Shown piece after piece: positions 26,443 to 41,521 of a stretch of 64,000 nt of DNA. Position numbers and translations under genes: made by a program. The notes beneath the pieces are model-generated. The model saw nothing but the letters and a program-made list of their open reading frames with translations. It was not told the origin of the DNA and did not search any database. The stretch covers positions 20,708,001-20,772,000 of the forward strand of contig CM022671.1 of NCBI GenBank assembly GCA_012295275.1, read 5' to 3'. The DNA is from Chrysomallon squamiferum. Lineage: Eukaryota; Animalia; Mollusca. The first letter of the stretch is position 1. Each line of letters opens with the position of its first letter.

Positions 26443-28239
26443 TTTCACGGGCCGTTTTGCAATCTTTATTTGCACCACCATAATTGTTCGGCATCACCGC
26501 AGACTGAGAATGTGAAAAGTTATTAAAGAAAGTAAAATTGGATGGCTGAAGTAAATTCGGCACAAAAGTTGGCTTTGTGATGGACAACAGTCCCAAGTGT
26601 GGAGAAATATTCTAGTCAGGTAGTCCGCTCAGACAGTTTACATTTTCTCATAATACACTGTTGTCCTCATTCAACACATCTTTTGTGTAAAACTTTTGCA
26701 TTCACACGTCTGTTGACTCGGATGAGATACCGTAGCAATTTAAACTGAGAAAACATTATTTCTGGTGATGGATCATCACTGTTTCAAAAGGTATCCATTA
26801 TAGGCTGGTTTGTCGTGTATAAAGCCAGTCAATAGATCGAGTGCTGATGCCATTTTAACCTCACTGATATCATTTTTTTGGCTGAAATGTGAATGAATTT
26901 CATATGTGGGTACATTAAAATTTTTCTTCCTTGCGTAACTGGTTGATTAATGAGCTTGTAGTAGATCGCACTTGAAATTTTGGAAACCATTTTTTTTTCT
27001 TTGCCAGCTTACCAGTGATGTGTGCTTTTTATCTGTTCATAAAACCTGGAATATTTCTCCAGTCTTCAGATTATACCGCAGATCATATCAGATAGGTTAT
27101 CTGAATCTTCATTATAATTATGTCCCTAGAAAATGCCGTATTATTTTGAGAACCAAAACAATAACAACCTATTGGTATTTAGAATAAGTAAACTCCACAT
27201 TTATGAAATACTTGACTAATTTATCTGTTTAGTATAGTATTATTAAAAGAACGTTTTAAAATAATTATCTTCATTTAGCAATAATTGACTTTAACTACAT
27301 TCTTTAAGAAGAAAACAAAATCCCCTGCATCCTACTTCAGAAAGAGTTTTAAACTCAAGTCAGGTGTTATTCTCCGAAGGATTTATTTCTTCATAACAAA
27401 AGATTTTGCGTTTATTTTCCTAATCACTTCTGTTGTCATTTAGCAATGCGACATCGGACATTTTCTTACAAAATAAAAGGTCGAATGGAGCTACTTAATG
27501 ATCAATTCATCTCCTCGCAATGGGGATGACTTCAATTACTATTTCTCAACTTTGTTAATGCAATCTTTTCATTTGCTCTCCAAGGGTGCCAAATCCTTTT
27601 CTGATACATCTAACCTGGTGATAATAGACACAGCATTAATTTCCTGGCCGGCCAAATAGGACAGTGAATGAAGTAATTTGATGGTTGGTCACCTAATTTG
27701 ATTGATTCCATGCCTTCACCCGTATATTGTGTCTCCTTAAAGTGTCTTGTAAGGAAGAACAAAATTTCGGTAATAAAATACTGGGCGATACATGACAAAT
27801 TATAAACCAATGACGCATATCGACCTTAATGTACTTACGATTATTGTCGACAATCCCCGCACTAGTTAGCCACGATGGACTGCAATTTGAAGATGTCCAA
27901 AAGCTATTAGCGGGTCACAAAACCTTTATTACATCGCAATGAATGAGCTGTAGGTCTGGGAAATTTGATCAGATACGTTATAAACAGTGTTCTCTTTTTT
28001 CCTTTTTTTTTTTTTCTTCTACATAGTCGTATTTCTTTAAGCAGCCAAATTAAGAAAATATTCTTCAAACCAGTTGCATTATTAATTGTATCAGGTTCAC
28101 AGAACACAGACCAACAGAAGATTTAGTGACTCTGGTTTTGATTTAAAGATAAAAACCATCAAATTTAGAAACACTAAGCAACTTGGAGTCTTGCTTCTAT
28201 CAGAACATTTGAGTTAGAACCAAGAGTAATGATATTCAG

Positions 28240-28625
28240 CAACCTGCTAGGATTACAGCAGTTAGTTAGCTACTAGGACTAGTAATATTTACTTATTTTC
28301 TAGTTGTTTTTTTAATAGTTAGAAGCCTCTAGATTTAATAATATATTGAAACCTACTAGGACAAATACTGTTTAATAAATTATAGGGTTAGAAATATACT
28401 GAAGTTAAATAATATTTACACATCAGCTTGGTTTAGTATGATTTAGAAATATGCTAGACTTAGTAACATATACAAACATACTATAATTAGATTTACTAGT
28501 ATTTAGAAATATCTTATATTAATGATATACAGAAATTCACCAAGATCTGTAATATTCTGAAATATACTAAAACTGGTTATTAAAATTAACAATATTTATA
28601 TACTGGCTACGTTTAGTAAAATTTC
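28240..28625. repeat. Old degenerate minisatellite (TAGAAATATACTAG..TTAGTAATAT-like)
   Basis: AGAAATAT, TACTAG and TTAGTA motifs recur at roughly 27-30 bp spacing. Confidence 0.45.
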
Positions 28626-29256
28626 ATGAATTAGGGTCTTGATTTACTGTTATTATTTTAATCTATTTCTGGAGTTATATTTGCTATTCTAATTAAAGAA
28701 ATTAAAAAAATTAAAAGTTATTCTTCTCTCTTTTGAGTATCACGATGTCTTTATTTGCACGTTCTAAAATTAATATTCCATTAAGGAAAGCTTGTAAAGT
28801 AAATAGAAAATAATTTCTAAAAGATTATTTATCTATGCTACTTTTGTTTCTGTTGGTACGTTATGAAATTAATATTTAGATATTATTCATTTGTGCAATA
28901 AGTGCAAAGCCTTTAGAATTTTTATTATTTATTTTTTAATTTAATTTTCTTTTTTCGGAAGAGAGCATGGAAAACAAATTACGCAAGTAACAATTTAAAC
29001 CGTAAAACAAAATGGCGGAAGTACACTGGATAATAAAGCAAAAAACAAATACGAAATCTAAAGACTGGAAGAATTAAACATTGAATTGTGAAATAACAAC
29101 TACAACTGTTAACAGTTGTCGATCTGCGATTACGTAAAATCCAAAAATAGAGTAATCTGCTTGTGACTCGAATCTAAAAAAGTAAAAAAAAAAAAAAAAA
29201 TAATTAAAATGTAAAAAAACCCAACATCACCAAAACTAGAAAAGTAAAAAGTAACG

Positions 29257-29289
<33 letters not shown>

Positions 29290-29290
29290 A

Positions 29291-29321
<31 letters not shown>

Positions 29322-29338
29322 TACATTTTCTTTTTTTA

Positions 29339-29380
<42 letters not shown>

Positions 29381-29603
29381 CAATGCGTTTTAGTTCACCA
29401 GGGATAACGCTGCCTGATAGTTGAGTAACTAAAAGTAATGATATTTCACAGTTTCTTACGTTGTAATTTCACGAATAAGCCCACCGCTGACATTTCTATT
29501 TCCCTCAAAACTTCATTTACACGCGACTGCTTTATAAAAAGGACAGAGTAAAGTCAAAATTGGAAACGAGCTTCCACGAAATATTTTCTTGAATACAGGA
29601 GAC

Positions 29604-29703
29604 GGCCTGTAGTTCATTGGTTAGAATGCGCGCATTCAAGAGTGATGGATAGCATCATCAGTTACCGACTGTGTATATTTTAGTCTAGTTCCCGTTCCAC
29701 CCG
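29604..29703 (+). mobile_element. SINE 5' fragment (tRNA-like head)
   Basis: It has an A-box-like start GGCCTGTAGTTCATTGGTTAGAATG and ends TTCCCGTTCCACCC, similar to CTCGTTCCGTCC in the 17.3-kb copy. It does not form a tRNA cloverleaf. Confidence 0.45.
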
Positions 29704-29934
29704 TATAATCCTGTTCTTTACATAATATAGAAAAAAAATATTCGTTGTTAACGACTGATAAAATTAATTCATGGACTTGTGTGTTTCCTTTCTAATTTGA
29801 TCAATAAATAGCTAATTTAAGAAAAATAAAAACAAATAAAAACAGAATTATTATTCACTGATTTCATAAACAAACAAGCTTTCTGAATGTATTTTAATGA
29901 TTTATATTATTTTGCACAATTCTCTCTCTCTCAT

Positions 29935-29971
<37 letters not shown>

Positions 29972-31092
29972 CATACAGATATGCACATATATATTTTCAA
30001 ATATACAGATATACTCATTTTAATTTCCACTAAGCAAGAATAAAATCACTGCAGCAATAACATTAATATTTATTTATTTACTTCTTTATTTATTTACTTC
30101 TTTATTTATTTACTTCTTTTTTTTTAAAGTTTTTATTTTTTTATTTTTTTTATAATTTTTTATTTTTTATGTCGAAGTTAGCAAGTGGACTGTTACAGTT
30201 TTTGTTGTTTGCTGTTTAAGCTAGTGATATTTTATTTATTGTAAAATTAGAACCGTTCGTTTTAAACATAAAACAGTAAATATCCCAGATTGTCTCAGTG
30301 AATCTTTTGATCAGCAGACTAGAACATATGTTCCATTCACTGCTGATTTATCAGATACCTCGTTTATCTCTAGAGACTATGTGCGTTTAGAACAGCTGTG
30401 ACATATATCCATACAAGTAAGTGCATATGTTTCATACGTTTACATATGTTTACATGTTTATATGTTAGTATGTAAGTCTGTCTGTCTATGTGTCTGTTTA
30501 TATGCATAGATATATATATATATATATATCCGTTTGTGAATTGTGTATTTATGTGTGTGTTTATCTGCCGGTCTGCTTGTATGTCTCTGTACGTATACAT
30601 TCATGCAAGTATGAATGTATATGCAGATTTGTCACATTTATCGGATGCTACAGTATGTGTAACTATGCACCATTAAGCAAATATTGTTATTATGTCTGCA
30701 AAAAACCCTCTGGAAAGAAGAGGATTGAATGAACACAAAATGCAGAAAATTGGTTTTATTACATACATCATACACCTAATTTATCAATTATTCAAGAAGT
30801 GTTAAAATTTCAGACCGATCAAACCTTCTTTTTTTTTTTTTTTATTTCACTGCGTACTGTACTGAAACATTTTTGAATGACTAATACATTTCATTTTCAT
30901 ATAAAGCTCTTGGGAAATCGCCGACTTTACGCTTAGTCGCTTGCTTTAATATGAAATGATGATGACGCAGTAGTTATATACTTCAGTAATACGACTGAAC
31001 TGCGTCTGCAACAGCTAGTAAATCCACAAGGATTATTTTCTTTAACTATGTCACAAAAAATAGTAATAATAATAATAACAACAACAAAAAAA

Positions 31093-31125
<33 letters not shown>

Positions 31126-31524
31126 AAAAATAAAAAAATAAAAAAATGGAAACAATCTTGGATAAGTGGTTAGTATTGGTACCGGTATTTTAAAAACCCT
31201 GTGAAACTTTTTAAAAATTATTGAAGTACATGCTTAGCTTATGATTTATTATTGTTTTCTGTTTAATTTTTTCGGGTCTTTTTATGTTTTCGTATAATTT
31301 GTTTCTATTGACGCCATACTAACAGCTTATCTTTATCGTTCTGTATGATTTTTTGACATAAATACATACATACATATACACGCACACACACACATACACA
31401 CATATATACTATTTAATATTTTATTCCTGTATATACAATCATACTTTTTAAACAATTATATAAAACATTCATTTAAATTTTTCATACTTTCAAATTTAAC
31501 CAGGACTGAAATATAAATATATTT

Positions 31525-31569
<45 letters not shown>

Positions 31570-33707
31570 TTTTATTCAAACTGCTTTAACTAAACCCGTT
31601 TTATTTCAGACTCAAAATCAGTGGTATTATCTTCAAAATTTCGCTTTCAATTTCTCTGTCCGTTCAGCTACATTGATTATATTAGTGATTGCAGAAACTT
31701 AATGACGAAACCATTTAACTGTCGTTGACATACTGCAATAAAAGCCTTTGTTTGTTTTGTGAATTTCGATAATGACATGTTTTAAATTCTATTTTCGTTT
31801 TTCATCAAAATTCTTACTCTTTTCCTGAACAAGAAATTAAGCTGATTCATGCAAATATTTTTCTCAAAAATTCAAAAACAGAAAGTCTTAATTTTGAATT
31901 ATCAATTTTCTTCGGCCTGGACATTGATTATTCTGTCGCCCACTCAGCAATAATCGGATTCCTATTGTTATTTTGGTAATAACTCCCAGCTTAGTTATTT
32001 TAATTGGTCTTCACGCCTTTGTCATTGCTATCAATTAGCTGGCGATTTGTATTTAATAATTTTCATCATTATGGACTCTATGACGTGGACTTCATCCGAT
32101 ATACTTGATAGACATTGAATTCGAATTAGAATAAATCAATTTAAAAAAACAAAAACGAATTTCATAACTTTAAGGTCACATGAATTATTCATAAAGAACA
32201 ATGTCAAAGATTAACTGCTGACCTTGCTCCGTCTGTCTGTCTGTCACAACGTATTATAGCATTTTCGGACTCTAACTGATATTCATTCTTACACAACATG
32301 AAAGGTAAATAAATAAATAAATAAATACAAAATCAGCCCTATGACAGAATAAAGTTTTATTTGTCCAAGTGTTTTCTAATATATAGTTTTTTTTGTTTTT
32401 TTTTCAAAGAGACAAATACTTTACTTGTATTATCTTAATATTCTATCTAGACTTTTCTGGAAAAAAAATTGATTTTTGTTTTTCACTGATTCATAAAATA
32501 TATATATAATAATTGTGAGATCAAAGAAGGCACTCCTACAGCCGTAGCGGACAGTGTAAAGAAAACGCTTTTCAAGAAGGCCAGTGAAAGTCTAGATAAA
32601 GGAAGCATTTGAACAATCGGTATTGTTGCCAAAGTTAAAATGATATGTTACGGCCCGAGGCAAATAGCAAAGCAACAATGGGTAATAATGTGTTTTGTTT
32701 GGCATCACTTCGTGGTGTTTACCCAGCACAAGTATCCCAGGTGAAGTTTGTTACTTTGATTCAAAGCAAGGCCTACTGCTGGAACGATTTCTGAATGACA
32801 TTTTAATTGACAACTGTTATCCATTAACTTACGAAAAAGCCTTGTTATTTTCTTATCTCCTTTATGAATATGAACAGTTTTTCGACCCATTTATCATCAC
32901 AGCGGCCCACATAATCGTAACCATTTTGAAAGTTCATCAGTTCTTTGTTTTAAATGTCATTAGATAATCACCAAACGAACTAAACCAGGACACCTCTGAA
33001 CTGTTCGCTTTCTAAGACACACTGTCAAAATAAAAATAAATTTGAATTGTGGTTTAGCATCAGCTCTTATTCAGGGTTACAGTATTTCTGTATTTATCAA
33101 CTAAATCCAGCCTCCTGTCTTTGTATCTGATTAATTAATTCTTTGGCCGAAACGTTCATGCTGAAATATTTTTGGATGTTACTGCATTAAATCCACAGTT
33201 ACAATACCTTTCATTCGTACTGAAATATTTTTGACCGTGACGTCCTTAATCACCTTGGAGACAGCTAAAAAAAAAAAAAAAAAAAAAAAAGATACTGAAT
33301 ATCTCTTGTATCTTAAAACAATTCTAGAAGGAATTTTAGTTTCAGTCTATCATTCCATTTATTTTTCCATCCTCCATCAATATATCCTGGATCTTAAAGC
33401 CTCAGTCCACCAATCCACTACAGGAGTACCGTCCATCCGTGCACGCCCTCTCGAATAAAGGACTGATGAGTAAATGTTTGAAGCAGAAAATAAAACATCA
33501 GTATTTTTAACATTTGTATTCAGATCTAAGTGAACCTTCTTCTTTCAGGAATATTAGTACTTCTTGATAAACTCAATGTATGTAATTACCAAATGATTGA
33601 CGTTCAGAACACTTAAAACTTCCGTGTTTCTAAATTTCAAGTATCTTGAAGTAATCCGTAATCTGGTCATAATTAACTTTACTATGTTTATTGATATTTG
33701 TTTTCTG

Positions 33708-33748
<41 letters not shown>

Positions 33749-34354
33749 GAAACATATTGAATTTTGTAAGAGAGAGAGAGAAAAAAATAAACTGAATAAC
33801 TTTTTTTTTTTTTAAGATTCATTATTAGTGGAATCATTAGAGTACGTGACTCACTAAGAAATTGCAACAAATTGTTTTATGGTGGTTTTATCTTCGATCG
33901 GATGTATGTAAATCATACCAAAAGTCCACCATATCGGGCAAATTGAAAGCTGGAAAATTAGGTCAAATCAAAAATGGCGGATTTTTGTTTTGTTTTTTTT
34001 GTTTTCCACGTTCTAAACTGCAATAAAATCTAATTCTTTTGTCAGCCATGCCAAATTTTATAAACCTTAACACCTTCAGTGCTGAATGACGGTGATCTCC
34101 GTCACTCTTTTTAAATTGCCGCGCAATAGTGACGTGACATACAGTGCTGACGTAGGCAATTATTGATCTACTAAGGGCTTCCCCGGAACTCAGAAAATCA
34201 TGTCGAGTACGAGCAGAAACTTGTTTCAATTTCGAAAATCCCCAGAATGCCCAGCACCGAATGTGTTAAAAAAATCTAAAAAATCTGAGATTATTTTGAT
34301 CACACGAGTGACGTAAGTATGTGAAGTTTAACATCATAATAAATATAAAAATAT

Positions 34355-34770
34355 AAATAATTATTAAGTATCTGTATTTTAAAACCAAAATATTATTAAT
34401 TGTGATAAATATTTTAAATATACAAAATGACTAAAATAATTATGTCTGTACAGTACATTATCACTGAATGTTAAGTATTTGTTTTAATAATAAAATTGCA
34501 ACTAATTTGTATTTTGACATTAAATATTATATTTTTTAGCACCAAAATATTCAGTATTATATATTCTGATACAAAAAATATTAAACTATTAAGTTTGCAT
34601 TTTAAAAGTAAAAATATTAAGTAAATTGCATTTTAATACTAAAATTATAGATCTGTGTATTTTAGTATTAAAACGAAAAAAATGTGTATTTTAATAATAT
34701 AAATTATAAGTGTTAAACATTTTAATAATAAAAATATTAGGTAGTGTGTATTTAATACTGTAAATATTCC
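34355..34770. repeat. Degenerate about 30-bp AT-rich minisatellite (TTAAGT..TGTATTTTAATA.TAAAATAT)
   Basis: TG(T/C)ATTTT..A.TAAAA units recur across about 400 bp. Confidence 0.6.
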
Positions 34771-36731
34771 TAATGTTACTGTTTCGACATTTTAAATTTT
34801 CTGTATGTTAACTCTTTTGTTCCTTACATAACTGAAACCAAACGATACAGAATGTGCATATGTTTGTGTCAAAATTGTATGATGGAAGGCCACTTGGGTT
34901 TTGAAAATACTCGGGTTTTTTTGTTAGCATAATTTTACTTGTGCTATGAATAAATGCAACATTTTTATCATAATATTTAAGAAAAAAACAAAAATTGGCG
35001 ATATTTGATGAAGATAATTACAATAACAATAACAACAGCAGTGACGACGATAATAATAATAATCATAGTACTGCTACTACTAATAAAAGTACCACACAGT
35101 CATATAATTATAAGGTGAGAAAAAATGTCATTAAGTATAAGATACAAACATGCAATGCAGTACAGCACAGTATTTTATATCACAACGCCAGTACAGTAAA
35201 TAACAATGGCTGCATGTTTATGTGTCACAAGAAACCTGCATTTAATAAGATCTTCCTATATACACGCACGTAGATTTGCAGATAGCAGAATAATATGATG
35301 TAATAAGGTAGAAGGTACAGCTTGGTGAAATTTGATTTGCATCAGAACGTTTTTTATTCGTATTGTATTTAAACTTAATACTGTCAGTTTTTTGCACACA
35401 GAACCAGGCTTTGGCATGCTGTACAAAACCAATAATGATGTTTTATGCTTTGAAGTCTTGTGCAACGATTCGACAATAGTACACTATCTGTGTGCACCGA
35501 ACTTGGATTAGGAACCGACTGCATTAAAGTTTCATTACCATGGAAAATCAATTTGCCTCCCGCTAAATGTATTGTGATTCTACAAAGGAAATAAATGCAC
35601 AAGTTTTCTTCTTTTGATGACGCAGCATTGCTTTTATAAATGTGCTCATCGCCTGTTAGAATAGTCAGTGTCTTTTGTGTCGTGTGTGCGTGTGTGTGTG
35701 TATGTGTGCGTGTGTGTGAATGTGTACGGGTATGTCTGTTAGTATTTGAATATGTGTATATGTATATGTGTGTGACTGTGAGTGTTTATGTGTATATGTA
35801 TATATGTCAGTAATTGTATATGAGTATAAATATATGACCTGAAAAATATATTTATTTATATTTATTTGTATGAATGCGTTATGTCTTGTGCTTTTATTAT
35901 ATTTTTAACTATCTGTGTTACATTGCCTCTGTTTACTAGTATATTTAATTGTGTATGAATTTGCGTGCGGATGTGTGTACACGTACGTGTGTTTCTCTAC
36001 TGTCTATCAGTGCAACTTAACATTTAGATTTCTAAATCTCGTCCAAGTAGTTCATCCTCATTCCCAAAGCTTCTCTGTTCAAAGAGTTTTTTTGTTTCTT
36101 CCTTCGTTTTCCTTTGTTAATTTCTTCCATCCAGTATAGTTAAATAGCTCCATTATATTCGTTCTAACAGAACCCTACGCGACACCGGTAATTTACAGTA
36201 TCATGTATCATTTTAACAATCAGGCAGTGATTTTTTTTTCCTCTGTTATTTTTTTGTTTAAACAACCCGAGTATAACATTCACTGTGTATTATTAGTTTT
36301 GACATTAATACCTACTACTGCAAATGCAGATATGGGATTTGCTAATGCAATAATTATGATTAATTATTTTCCGCTGCTGGGCAAGATATGTACAAATGAA
36401 ACTAATAATTATATGGTTTATCATGCAGTATACACGAAAGCATCTGCTCGTCTTCTTTATTTCGTTAGACACGATAATTTTTTGTTGTTGTTTTCTTTTT
36501 CTTTTTCATGGATATGCATTCTTAATGATAGTATTATTATGATTAACTGAACAGCGAGTTTACCAACCAGTGAGCAGCATCGGTAACAACAAATGAAGGA
36601 TCGAAAGAGAAAAATCTTTACTTTTATCCTAACATACCTAAATTCCTCCCTGACCTCCACCCCCTCAAAAACAAATATTAACAAATCCAGCAAAAACAAT
36701 GACATAAAAAGAGAGATATAAAAAAAAATGG

Positions 36732-36763
<32 letters not shown>

Positions 36764-38148
36764 AATGAATGACTGAATAAATAAATAGATATATAAATGA
36801 ATATATTCCTTTTTTTTTGTTTATCTCATTCGTTTATTTTTTATTTCATCCATTCATTCTTTGTTTCATTCATTCATTTTTCTTGAATTCATCTATTGAT
36901 TCTTTGCTTCATTGATTCATTTATTCTATTTATTTATTCAATTAATCATTACCCGATTCTTAAATAAGAAGTATCTATTAGCGACTATTTCGAAATAAAA
37001 CAAAATACTCAACGTATTTGACCTATGATTCCTGTTGTAAGATAATAACTGTATCCGTCCACCTATTGGCTTTGGCGAATATGATCTAATATGTATCAGG
37101 AAACTGCAATAATTTCATTATGTTTAGCAATCTCGAGTCCGGATTAACTGTATGGCTTCTGCATTTGAAAGCAGGATATATTGCTGCTTACCCTTCCGAT
37201 ACTTGACTTGAAGTTTCTCTCATGAAATTCTAAAGAAAACAAGCTGGACGTTTGTGACACAGACAAAAAAAGTACACTGTGTCTTCTCTGTATTATACTT
37301 AAAAATTGTTTCAAAAACACAGCTTTTTTTTGGTTAAAACGTATTGTTGTCGATTCCTTAGTTACGCGAACTGAATTATTCATCGGTAGTCGCTGAAGCC
37401 TTCAAAATATTGAACAAGGTAAATAAAATATAAAATAATATAAAATAATATGAAATAAAGCACAACAACGTAACATGCAGTATAACATTATATAATGTGT
37501 ATGTATGTATGTAAAATATGTTTGTATGTTTTTATGTCTGTATACCTGTGTGTGTAGGTATTTATATATATCATGTTTATGCGTATAACTATATAAAATT
37601 ATGTATATATCCAGTACATACATAACTGATAACATGCTCGTACAATAACAGTCATCTTCGGTGTCATAGATTATTTCAGGAAACGAAAATATGCTATCGC
37701 ACTGCGCATCAAAAGCCTCTTTTAATTCTCGATGCTGAGTCTTAAACATGTGAGCTCTGTTGCATAATTCGTTGTGTGAAATTCAGCCAGGAAATATAAT
37801 CATCCACAAATCACCATTACTCGTGCCTACATCGCAGAGCTTCGCGCGTGGTGATATATGTAAGTAAACAAAGGTAACGGCAAATGCGTATAATAACAGT
37901 GCTTTACGTGGCTGATTATACTTATTCCCTTGCATGTCGTTAACAACAGCGGGAGTTCCAGTCACTGAAGTTATTTTTTAAATATTAAAATAAATTAATC
38001 CCGACGGAATGGGGATTAGAGAATTATTTCATTGACTTTCAAAGTTTATTTATTTATTTATTTATTTATTTGTTTGTTTATTTGTTTATTTATTTTTATA
38101 TTTTTATTTATTTATTTATTTTTATATTTTTATTTAATAATTTGAAAA

Positions 38149-38186
<38 letters not shown>

Positions 38187-38278
38187 TTGTTTTGTTGTAC
38201 TTGTTGTAATTAATTAATCATTATTAAATTATAATCCGCATCTAAAATTTATTTATTTATTTAATTATTTATTCAGTT

Positions 38279-38379
<101 letters not shown>

Positions 38380-38689
38380 GTCTGGAGCTTGTTTACCACG
38401 CACGTTATTTCTTTGACAGACATGTAATACAAATTTTATAAGAGGATCTAGGATAAGACACGGATATGCCCGCCTCTCACTGTATAGCCTAGTCATGTCA
38501 TCCGTTTACTGTGGTGATTTATGATAAATTATATTCTGTTTCCTCACTGGTCAACGAATGAGTTAACAAGAGCGGATCCAGGGATTTTGGCCTCTCTTAA
38601 AATAGTAAAAATTTGAACTTATTATCCTCTGCTCTGCTATTTAAACCTCTATCATTACGTCAATGAATGTAATACGAATTAAAATAATA

Positions 38690-38860
<171 letters not shown>

Positions 38861-39327
38861 GTAAAGCTCCACTAGCAATAATAAATACAGATTTTCTTTT
38901 TACAGATCAATTCCATCATACACAGATCAGAAGTTATAATAATTTAAAATTACACTAGGACTTTATTTTGATCCTGATATATATATTTATTAATTATGAC
39001 GATGCAAGATCTATATCTAGAATATACTTAGTCTTCTAAACCACATATTTATAATTTTATATACCATTATTAATGTTATTAAAGACAGCTAAGAAGTAAG
39101 AAAAACCTAAAATAAAGTTAATAATAATAGTGTGTATTATATAAATGAATGTAATTAGATGGAGAGATAACAGAAATAGTTCTTATCACGAAGCATACCT
39201 TAAATAAAATAAAATAAAATAAAATAAAATAAAATAAATGAGCATACAAACAACAATAAGAGTCACAATAATAATAATACCGGTAAGACGAAGAACGAAA
39301 GAACGAACGAATAACAGCATCAACAGC

Positions 39328-39381
<54 letters not shown>

Positions 39382-39866
39382 CATGGCTACCGGTTATTTG
39401 TTATTATTGTTTGTTTATTTAATTATACACATACACATACAAAGTCACACTTTATTTCATTTTTTGCCCTTGTCTTTTGTTTGGTTTTCTAAAAATAACT
39501 ATTTAATAAATTGGGGTTTTAAAGTTATTCCTATCACAATTATAAAGCCCATCCTTTTTTTTGAAATCTTTAGACTGTTTTTCATTAATAAAAAATGTAT
39601 TTGTAATCGAGTTTTTGTTAATATTTTGTTTATGCACAGTGTGTTTTCGTTTGTTCTGTTAAAAACACTGAACACTGAGACATATGCGAAAGAAATGCAT
39701 AGATAACGATACAAAACTTTGAGTGAGAGATAACTAGAAAGAAAAAAAATGTGTTACATAATTATGTTTTAACGGTATGCAAGTATCTGCGTATGTAAAT
39801 ATATGAATGTGTTATAATGAGATTAACATATTTGCGTACAAACAGAAAAATATATCTGGATTTTTT

Positions 39867-39948
<82 letters not shown>
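39867..39948. repeat. (CA)n(GA)n microsatellite
   Basis: Direct reading. Confidence 0.95.
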
Positions 39949-39953
<5 letters not shown>

Positions 39954-39974
39954 TTAGGAAAGAATTATGATTCA

Positions 39975-40300
39975 TTTTTATGACTATTCATAAATATCTA
40001 AGTATTTTATTTTTAATTAAATATAAATATTTGTAAATCTTTGTAAATATCTCAATGTCTTCAATATATTTGTGTGAATGTATTTAACTATGTAAATAAA
40101 GCAGTTTTATGACTGTATGTAAATATCTAAATCCATACATATTCGGCTATTAGTACCAGGCATCTTTAATCTTTATGACTCTTAGAATAAATGTATTTAA
40201 TAATGAGTGTGATAGTTAAATGAAAATATCTCAGTATACTGTGTAAATGTAATTAACAGAGATATCATATGTTTGTGACTGTATGTAAATATCTACGTGT
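39975..40300. repeat. Degenerate repeat with recurring TGACTGTATGTAAATATCT
   Basis: The motif is near-exact at about 40110 and about 40277, with diverged copies around them. Confidence 0.5.
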
Positions 40301-41209
40301 CTGACTGTTATTACTGCACTTGGTTATACGTGTGTTAATATGTTTATGTGATAAGCCTCAGTACTCGCAAAACTTCCAGCCTGTGACGACGTAATCTCAA
40401 ACAGCGAAGACACAGTGACTTAATCAACCACAGATATTGTATTTGTGCGGGATTGAAGCGTACATACCAACACCGCGGCTTCGGCGGCTCTCAAAGTTTT
40501 GCCGTGCAGGTACCACGACCAATCAATATGAACGAGTTGGGTCGTAGATCAATACTGTTCAAAACAATCATTTGCAGAAATACACACACGTGTCAGCCCT
40601 GACTTCAGCGAGAAACAGAAGAAAAAAAAGACATGATTCGATACGAGCTGGTGTACTGTCACGACTTTTAACATTCTCATTGTGTTATATGTACTGAAAG
40701 ATAACGAGAGTTACCAAATCAGAGGAATGGAAAGCCAGAGAGACAGATAGAAAAGTGAAAGAAGCTGTTCTGTGATAATCCGTCTGATCAAAGAAATATA
40801 AATGACTTGCGCTTCAAGTGAAATCAACTTATATTTTTAATATTTCCATTTGCGTCGATCGGCAAGCTTCCTCGAGTTTTGTCGAGCGAAGTGGAAACAA
40901 TTTATATTAGATAAAAGTTTCTACACTGAATGATATAATCTTTTCTTGTTCTTGTTCTTCGGAAATATCTTTAATTAGTTTTAATGTATTTTTTTGTTTT
41001 ATGTTTTCTCGTTCGTTAGATTTTAATCACTGGGTCTAATTACTGTATTATTAAATATATTGTTTTTGAGCTTCTGCATATACTTTTTTGCTTCATTAGC
41101 TTTTAATGAATTATATTCTAGCGCTTTTTACTACGAACCATTATCGAACCTTACCGATTTGTTTTCCGTCATGTGAGCTTTTATTCCGAGTCTATTTTTC
41201 TCTTCGCAG

Positions 41210-41521
41210 GATTGATCGGGTCTGCTTGTAAAGAACTCACCGAGGCTCTATCCCTGCATCGATGTTGACTGTCACCCTGCGGCACAGACGCAGACAATAT
41301 TCCCAAATCTGCTGGAAAGAGACGAGTGCAGTCTGCGCGGAGCACAAGTTTTCGGATAATGGTTGAGTAATGGTTTACAACAATGCGAAAAATAGTGAAG
41401 ATTGAAAGCAACCTCTTAGTGCTGCCGAAACACACTTCTTCTCGCTTGTTTTGGGAAGAAGACACGAAACGTTGATTTATTTAACAACAATTTCGTTTTT
41501 GCCATTGCTTTAATAATATGG
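41210..41521 (+). other. 5'-UTR portion of the first coding exon (spliced leader region)
   Basis: A strong acceptor TTTTTCTCTTCGCAG|G ends at 41209, and the sequence shifts from T-rich to mixed composition. This implies upstream non-coding exon(s). Confidence 0.7.

Noticed and set aside
29604-29680. Possible tRNA gene (also 52200-52275)
   Set aside because: Only an A-box-like D-arm segment is present, with no GTTCRA T-loop or acceptor stem. Both are better explained as SINE heads.
32695-32967. 90-aa + strand ORF, and the similar 36203-36550 and 37402-37749 ORFs
   Set aside because: No family motifs. Their length is compatible with chance and they cannot be linked to the mGluR reading frame.
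38570-38600. GCGGATCCAGGGATTTT, resembling the end of a dispersed invertebrate repeat
   Set aside because: A single short match with no partner terminus in the window, so it cannot be supported.
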